A stretch of DNA of 64,000 nucleotides, from the NCBI GenBank assembly GCA_964545885.1, contig CAZJHG010000001.1:31607-95606 (forward strand). The letters run 5' to 3'. The notes beneath the pieces were generated by a model. The model did no database searches, was not told the origin of the DNA, and was given only the letters and a program-made list of their open reading frames with translations. The translations under genes were made by a program, and so were the position numbers. This document shows positions 58,182-64,000 of the stretch, piece after piece. The stretch comes from an uncultured Muribaculaceae bacterium (GTDB lineage Bacteria > Bacillota_I > Bacilli_A > RF39 > UBA660). How positions within the stretch are numbered: position 1 is the stretch's first letter; every line of letters starts with the position of its first letter.

Positions 58182-59069
58182 ATGGGAAAGATAAGAAGAT
58201 TAACTATATATTCTAGTAAGATTCGTAATTCAAAAAAAATCTTAGTATATTCTGATTTACATCTTGGTTTTAAAGATAGTAGTAATATAAAAGATATCTT
58301 TAATTCTCCAGAATTATCTCCTAATGCCTATGATTATATTTTAATTCCCGGAGATTTAGTTCATTGTGGAAAAAGATTGGAAGACAAATTTATTGAAGAA
58401 TATGTATTACACAATTTATCTTTATTAACAGGTAATACTAAAACTTTTATAAGTATTGGCAATCATGATCAATATAGGCGATTAGGTTTTGAAAGATGGG
58501 CACCATATGATAAAAGCAATGTTATTCCTCATTTTAATAAGCTACCTAATATAGAGGTTTTAGATATAAATAAGAAAGTAACAGAAAATACTATAGAATT
58601 TAGTGCCATAAATAATAGTGCATATTATTATCTTGATAATCATGAAAGTACTAAAGCATTTGAAAAAGAATATAATTTATCTACAAGTAGAATAAAATTT
58701 AGTAAGGATAATTTTAGTATTTTATTAACTCATGATCCGAAATCAATTTATCGTTTAAGTAAAGAAAATTCTACTTGTTTTGTTCCAGAAACTGACCTAG
58801 TAGTTAGCGGTCATATGCACAATGGACTTACTCCTAACTTTATCCAAAACAGATTAAATGGTTATGGATTTTTATCCCCAGACTATACAATGTTTCCCGA
58901 AATAGCATATGGAATAAAAGAAGTTGGAGGTACTTTGTTCTTAATTAATGGTGCAGTAAATAGCTTTGTTGAAGTACCAATCATAAATGAAATATTCGGT
59001 TTTAATTGTACAATTTTAGAACTTCACCCAAAAGAACGAACTAAAAAGTTAACATATACGTACAAATAG
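58182..59069 (+). CDS. calcineurin-like metallophosphoesterase
   Basis: SDLHLG, GDLVH, GNHD and GHMHNG motifs. Confidence 0.8.
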   Translation: MGKIRRLTIYSSKIRNSKKILVYSDLHLGFKDSSNIKDIFNSPELSPNAYDYILIPGDLVHCGKRLEDKFIEEYVLHNLSLLTGNTKTFISIGNHDQYRRLGFERWAPYDKSNVIPHFNKLPNIEVLDINKKVTENTIEFSAINNSAYYYLDNHESTKAFEKEYNLSTSRIKFSKDNFSILLTHDPKSIYRLSKENSTCFVPETDLVVSGHMHNGLTPNFIQNRLNGYGFLSPDYTMFPEIAYGIKEVGGTLFLINGAVNSFVEVPIINEIFGFNCTILELHPKERTKKLTYTYK

Positions 59070-59082
59070 GTTAAAAAAAGAC

Positions 59083-59979
59083 CTATTTTTTTAAGTCTTC
59101 TAATATCATTTCTATTAATCTATTTGTTCCAAAGCTATGGTATGAATTTTTTAAAGTAATCATCGCAAAATTTTTAGAAGGAATTTGAGGTACTGTATTA
59201 ACTTCAAAAACTAATCCTTCATCAATGTCTTTTTGGGCAAACTCTTTTGTAACTAAGCCAACGCCTAAACCGATTCTAACAAAATCTTCTAATAAAGTAG
59301 CACTAGCGATTTCTAATTTCGTTGTAATTTCTATATCGTTATCTTTACAAAACTTATCAAAAGCTTCACGAGTCGTCGATGGCTTTTTTTGTAATAGAAT
59401 TGGATAATCATTTAGTTTGTCTAAAGCTATTGTTTTATTTTTTAACTCTCCAAAATAATCTGATGCTATAAAACATTGATGTAAAGTTCCAAGTCTCTTT
59501 GTTTCTAAAGCATCATCTTCTACAAGTTCTTCTTTTGCAATAAGAATATCTAAAGTACCATCCTTCAACATATTTCTCATAACTTTGCTAGGATCTGTAA
59601 AAACTTGAATAGCTACATTAGGATATTCCTTATGAAATTTATCTAAATATTTAAGTAAAAATACTCTAGCTAATGCTGTACTAACCCCAACTCTTACAAT
59701 ACCAGTTTCTAGTTTTTTTAAGTTAGAAAATTGTATTTCAGCATTGTGAAAGCAATTCATAGCTTGCTTAACATTATTATATATTTCTTTACCATTCTCA
59801 GTTAACACTACACCACGTTTTGTACGTATAAATAATTCTCCTCCAAGCTGATTCTCTAATGTTTTAATCTGTTTAGTAACAGCTGGCTGACTAATCATTA
59901 ATTCTTGACTAGCTTTTGTAATATTTCCGGTATTAGCAACAACATAGAAAATTCTATATAATTCAAAATTCACATTCAT
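59083..59979 (-). CDS. LysR-family transcriptional regulator
   Basis: N-terminal HTH (FYVVANTGNITKASQELMISQPAVTKQIKTLE). Start at ATG 59979 after GGAGGT. Confidence 0.85.
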   Translation of the reverse strand: MNVNFELYRIFYVVANTGNITKASQELMISQPAVTKQIKTLENQLGGELFIRTKRGVVLTENGKEIYNNVKQAMNCFHNAEIQFSNLKKLETGIVRVGVSTALARVFLLKYLDKFHKEYPNVAIQVFTDPSKVMRNMLKDGTLDILIAKEELVEDDALETKRLGTLHQCFIASDYFGELKNKTIALDKLNDYPILLQKKPSTTREAFDKFCKDNDIEITTKLEIASATLLEDFVRIGLGVGLVTKEFAQKDIDEGLVFEVNTVPQIPSKNFAMITLKNSYHSFGTNRLIEMILEDLKK

Positions 59980-60079
59980 ATCATAACCTCCAGTTATCTC
60001 AAGCATAATAATAATATATTTTAATTATAATATATTTCGTCATATAATACAAATTAAAAGAAAAAGAGGAGAAGTTTAT

Positions 60080-60952
60080 ATGATAGAAAAAATTGATGAT
60101 TTACACACGCATAGTATCCATTCAGATGGTTCTAATACCCCAGAAGAATTAATTAAATTAGCAGTTAAAAAAAATATTACAAACTTTGCACTAACAGATC
60201 ATGATAATATAGAAGGTTCAAAGGAATTAGTAAGATTAACTAATTATGGCATTAATATTTATAGCGGTGTTGAATTAACTATAAAATACACTCAAGGAAG
60301 AATGCACTTACTAGGATACAATATTGATTTATATGATGAAGAACTAAACAGAGTACTTAAAGAAATAAAAGAAATTTCAATATATAATGTTCTTTTATAT
60401 TTAAAGTGTTTAAAGACAGATTATGGAATATCTTTTCCTCAACAAGAAATAGATATTTTAGTTAATTCTAAGGGTAACATTGGTCGCCCTCAAATAGCAA
60501 TATTACTAGTAAAATATGGTTATTGCCAAACAGTAGATGAAGCATTTGATAATTACTTAAAAGCTATCTATGAAAAAGCTCGTAAGGTAAAAAAGGGAAT
60601 CTCTTTAGAAGAAGGTATTAATTTAATACATCAAGCAGGAGGAGTAGCCATCTTAGCTCATCCCAATAGTATCTTATATTCATACAAAGAATTCTCTGAT
60701 ATCTTGCCAAAGTTTGTTGATAAAGGACTAGATGGCTTAGAAACAAAACATTATAAATTGAGTACTGATGAGCAAAAATTCTACCATACCCAAGCCTTAA
60801 AATATGATTTATTAGAAAGTGGTGGTACCGATTATCATGGTATTCAAATAAAACCTGATGTTGAATTAGGAACAGGTAAAAATAATAATGTCCACATACC
60901 AGAAAATACTTTATCATTAACTAAAAAAATAAAAAGTAGATACCTGATATAA
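60080..60952 (+). CDS. PHP-domain phosphoesterase (TrpH/YciV-like)
   Basis: DLHTHSIHSDGS, TDHD, ILAHP and GTDYHG motifs. Confidence 0.8.
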   Translation: MIEKIDDLHTHSIHSDGSNTPEELIKLAVKKNITNFALTDHDNIEGSKELVRLTNYGINIYSGVELTIKYTQGRMHLLGYNIDLYDEELNRVLKEIKEISIYNVLLYLKCLKTDYGISFPQQEIDILVNSKGNIGRPQIAILLVKYGYCQTVDEAFDNYLKAIYEKARKVKKGISLEEGINLIHQAGGVAILAHPNSILYSYKEFSDILPKFVDKGLDGLETKHYKLSTDEQKFYHTQALKYDLLESGGTDYHGIQIKPDVELGTGKNNNVHIPENTLSLTKKIKSRYLI

Positions 60953-61060
60953 TAGTATATCCGTATTTTTCTGATATATTAACAAAACATATTTGTAGTT
61001 TTTTGTATTCTCTTATGTTATAATAATTAAAGAAAATATAGTAGGAGAGTAGGTGGGAGA

Positions 61061-62593
61061 ATGCCAATAAAAGAACTAAAATGTATAGAAATATTAATTC
61101 GTTTCTTAACTAAAAAAAGTAGTTTAAAAGATGAAATCTCCTCTGAATTTGAAGATTCTTCAATATTTGAAGAAACTAAAACCAACCTATTTAACCTAAT
61201 ATCCATAAATGATTTAATAGAAAATTTTAATTTAAATCAACAATTCTCTTTAAAATTATTTCTTGAACAGGGAGTTATTCCTGGTTTGTATGATGAAAAA
61301 ACTTTTATTCCCGAAGAAGATATAAGATATATTAATGACTATAAAAAGTTTTATACCTATTTAATAGAAGCTTTAAAAGAAGGTAACTATTTATTTGATG
61401 AGTCCAATAACATATTTGTGTCTAGTGAAAAATTGGAAACAACAATTCCTCAAGTGTGGTTATATCGCCTTTCTCAAGCAGTCAAAAGAAATAAATATGA
61501 AAGAATGTATTTCTATAACAAAAATAAAGAAAATCATATAACTGATAAAAATGATTTATTAGCATATATGCAACATACTAAAACATTTTTAGTTGAATTA
61601 AATTCAAGTAACCCTAATGCTGATTATAAACTTGAATTTGCAGCTGCAGAAGCCAAAACAAATAATATAATCAAAGATAAAAACGAAAAAAAAGTTTCCG
61701 ATATTATAGAAACATTTAAAGAGCAAATATCTCCAGAATATCAAGCTACTATTAGTAAATATAAATTATCTGATGCTTTCTTTATAATTAGTAAGGCAGA
61801 GCGTCTAGGCAGAAAATTTTATGGTGAAACCCTTGAAACTCAACAAAGATATTTAAATAGTTGGATGTTAGAGTTTATTAATTGCAATAAGAAAGCTAAT
61901 CAAGAAGCCCAAAAATTTTCTTTAATAGCTAGTACAACTAATATTCATGGTTATGATTTAAAAGACATTAATGAACAATCAGCAATAATTGGTCTTATAA
62001 ACTTATATTTTGGCTTATTTGAATCTCTAGGTCTAGACTTGGAAACTGTATCATTAGCTGATTTTAAAATAGATGATTATATTAGTGAAAATCACAAAGA
62101 AGACTTAATTACGTTAAATGCTCTTATAAAAGAGATTAATAGTCATAACAATGTAAAAAAACAAATATATACTAGAATAGAAAAAGTAAACTCTGAAGTA
62201 GCTTCTTTAAATCAAATAAAAGACAAAGAAGAACTTAGTAGAAAAAAGACTGAAAGAGAATCTTTAATAAAGTTACTGAGTGGTCAAGAAGCCTTAGAAG
62301 AAGAACTAAATACCAAGAGAAATATCTTACAAGAGAAAGTAAGAATAGCTAAACAAAACTCAGTAGAAAGTATTGCTTTCGATAATGATTTAATAATTAA
62401 ACTATTAATAAAATGTACAAAAGAAGGAAGAGTATATTTTAAAAATGGAACAAATCAAGTAATATTTGAATTATATGGTAATGATATAGGAAGAGTATTA
62501 TTTAAAGCTTCAATAAATATAGAAAAAATGATTTTGTTTATAGAAAATAATAATTATAAAATAGATGATTTATCTCACAACAAATGGCTATAA
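61061..62593 (+). CDS. hypothetical coiled-coil protein, paralog family member B
   Basis: Good RBS (GGTGGGAG). Central and C-terminal segments align by eye with 53475..55112. Confidence 0.6.
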   Translation: MPIKELKCIEILIRFLTKKSSLKDEISSEFEDSSIFEETKTNLFNLISINDLIENFNLNQQFSLKLFLEQGVIPGLYDEKTFIPEEDIRYINDYKKFYTYLIEALKEGNYLFDESNNIFVSSEKLETTIPQVWLYRLSQAVKRNKYERMYFYNKNKENHITDKNDLLAYMQHTKTFLVELNSSNPNADYKLEFAAAEAKTNNIIKDKNEKKVSDIIETFKEQISPEYQATISKYKLSDAFFIISKAERLGRKFYGETLETQQRYLNSWMLEFINCNKKANQEAQKFSLIASTTNIHGYDLKDINEQSAIIGLINLYFGLFESLGLDLETVSLADFKIDDYISENHKEDLITLNALIKEINSHNNVKKQIYTRIEKVNSEVASLNQIKDKEELSRKKTERESLIKLLSGQEALEEELNTKRNILQEKVRIAKQNSVESIAFDNDLIIKLLIKCTKEGRVYFKNGTNQVIFELYGNDIGRVLFKASINIEKMILFIENNNYKIDDLSHNKWL

Positions 62594-62608
62594 ACCATTT
62601 GTTTTTTT
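62580..62608 (+). terminator. intrinsic terminator
   Basis: ACAAATGG / CCATTTGT stem followed by T6. Confidence 0.7.
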
Positions 62609-62635
62609 ATGATATAATTATAAAAGGTGATATAA

Positions 62636-62896
62636 ATGGGACTAACTATAAAAAATAAAACAAGTTACCAACTAGGAAATAATTTAACAGAATTTTTCTC
62701 TATACCATTAGAAGAACCAATTCAAAATGATGAGTATAGAAGATTAAAAGACGATATATATAAACTAGATATTGATATAGAAGAAAAAGCTAATATTATT
62801 AATAAGATTAATTCATTAAATCAAACAAAAAATGCATTTGAAAGGAAAAAAGTTTTACAAGAGATTGAAAATTTCTGTAATGAGTATGATATATAA
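62636..62896 (+). CDS. small hypothetical protein (86 aa)
   Basis: AAAGGTGA RBS. Helical and charged. Confidence 0.45.
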   Translation: MGLTIKNKTSYQLGNNLTEFFSIPLEEPIQNDEYRRLKDDIYKLDIDIEEKANIINKINSLNQTKNAFERKKVLQEIENFCNEYDI

Positions 62897-62953
62897 TCTT
62901 GTAATTATAATTTTTTAATTATATAATAAGCCCAAGTTAAAGAAGGGATAACG

Positions 62954-64000
62954 ATGTCTTCAAATAAATTATCCACAGCCGAACAATTTATTTCAAGTAA
63001 TATTTTATTTTGTAATGCCTTAAAAAATGAAAATAAAGTATATCTTGATTCTAATATTAAAATAGAATTAATTCTTTATTATTTAACTCTTAATAAAGAC
63101 TATATTAAACAATTATTAGGCGAAGATGATATTATAATATCATTAATAGAAACTCAAGATTTTATTCTAGATGATAATTCAATTATATTTAATGGTATAT
63201 CTTTTAATTTAGAATATTTAATTAATCTTGTTTCTAAAATTGAAGAATCCAAGCGCTCATCCAGAAAAATTATATTTTTAAATCATAAACAAGAAACAAA
63301 AATACATCAGCCTATAAAAAAGTCTCAAGTAATTCAAATGTCTGATGTTAATCGTCGTATATTTTATAATGCTCTAGAAAAAGAAAAAATGTTTGAAAGA
63401 ACTCTTTCAGTTAATGAAGAAAATATAAGTTACCTAAAAAATATTAAACGAGATTTTAAAGACCTAATGGAAGATATTATTACAAAAGCTATATTTTCTA
63501 ATTTAGATAATTATGATAGAAAATATATAAAAATTATTTCAGCATATTTAAATCTTTATCCATTTACTACATATTTAAAAGATAGAGAAAATATACCATA
63601 CAGTAGTTTAAATCTTAATCAAAATGAAATAATTATAAAAAGAACAACCTATAATGATAATCGTATCACTGAGTTGGAAAGAAAAATCAAACTATTAATT
63701 GAACAACAATCATTTTTGGAACGTCAAATAGAAAAGTACGAGGCAGACGAAACAGTAAGTAATAGAATATTAACTACAACAGAACAACAATTATATAGTG
63801 TAGAAAAAGAAAAACTATCATCCTTTATTGATTTATACAATTTAAGACATACACCAGAAATATATAATGAAAACTTATTAACAAGTATTGCTAGGTGCTA
63901 TGAAAATGGTTATATATTAATTAATAGATTCCTACAAAATCCAATTATTAAGTTATTTTATATAAAGAAAGATTATGTAAGTTTCTATAGTGCTATGCGC
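62954..64000 (+). CDS. hypothetical coiled-coil protein, paralog family member C (3' end outside the window)
   Basis: ATG 62954 after GAAGGGA. 349 codons remain open to the window end. It is absent from the ORF track because no stop codon is reached. Confidence 0.6.
   Translation, partial: MSSNKLSTAEQFISSNILFCNALKNENKVYLDSNIKIELILYYLTLNKDYIKQLLGEDDIIISLIETQDFILDDNSIIFNGISFNLEYLINLVSKIEESKRSSRKIIFLNHKQETKIHQPIKKSQVIQMSDVNRRIFYNALEKEKMFERTLSVNEENISYLKNIKRDFKDLMEDIITKAIFSNLDNYDRKYIKIISAYLNLYPFTTYLKDRENIPYSSLNLNQNEIIIKRTTYNDNRITELERKIKLLIEQQSFLERQIEKYEADETVSNRILTTTEQQLYSVEKEKLSSFIDLYNLRHTPEIYNENLLTSIARCYENGYILINRFLQNPIIKLFYIKKDYVSFYSAMR

Noticed and set aside
1-64000. Mycoplasma-type genetic code (TGA = Trp)
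   Set aside because: Conserved enzymes are full-length under code 11, Trp is encoded by TGG, and TGA terminates ORFs at 888-890 and 18889-18891.
1-64000. CRISPR arrays, IS elements, prophage or integrative elements
   Set aside because: I saw no regularly spaced direct repeats and no transposase, integrase, recombinase or phage structural genes. The two tRNA genes have no adjacent integrase.

Overview
Strongly AT-rich, gene-dense chromosomal segment from a low-GC Bacillota (Firmicutes)-type bacterium. It uses the standard bacterial code: TGA is a stop at 888-890 and 18889-18891, and Trp is TGG. I support about 55 CDSs, 2 tRNAs (Asn-GTT, His-GTG), one CIRCE operator and many hairpin+T-run terminators. 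I saw no rRNA, CRISPR array, transposase, integrase or phage genes. Recognisable genes are cca, a tRNA-dihydrouridine synthase, hsp20, an aquaporin, nrdD, two YibE/F proteins, an RluA-type pseudouridine synthase, LemA, folD, RNase R, addB/addA, an ABC-F ATPase, an ABC-2 transporter, a GGDEF cyclase, a LysR regulator, a PHP phosphoesterase and a FIST+aldehyde dehydrogenase pair. The most unusual observations follow. (1) A 1.28-kb spacer (10867-12144) has no ORF of 60 codons or more, has its own near-consensus promoter and terminator, and has a core much more G+C-rich than other spacers. It contains twin hairpins with identical CCGCAAA loops. This is a candidate large structured ncRNA, or alternatively a decayed gene. 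(2) nrdD is split, with the glycyl-radical motif on a separate 61-codon ORF. (3) Three tandem, translationally coupled, divergent short M3-like HExxH peptidase paralogs. (4) A multi-copy family of coiled-coil proteins of unknown function, one copy apparently co-transcribed with addBA. (5) A roughly 1670-codon Cna-B-repeat surface protein whose signal-anchor is cut off by one in-frame TAG. (6) A bPH protein paired with a D1-only Clp-like AAA+ ATPase. (7) An ADP-ribosylglycohydrolase fused to a small HExxH domain. All functional calls rest on motifs read by eye. No database search was possible.
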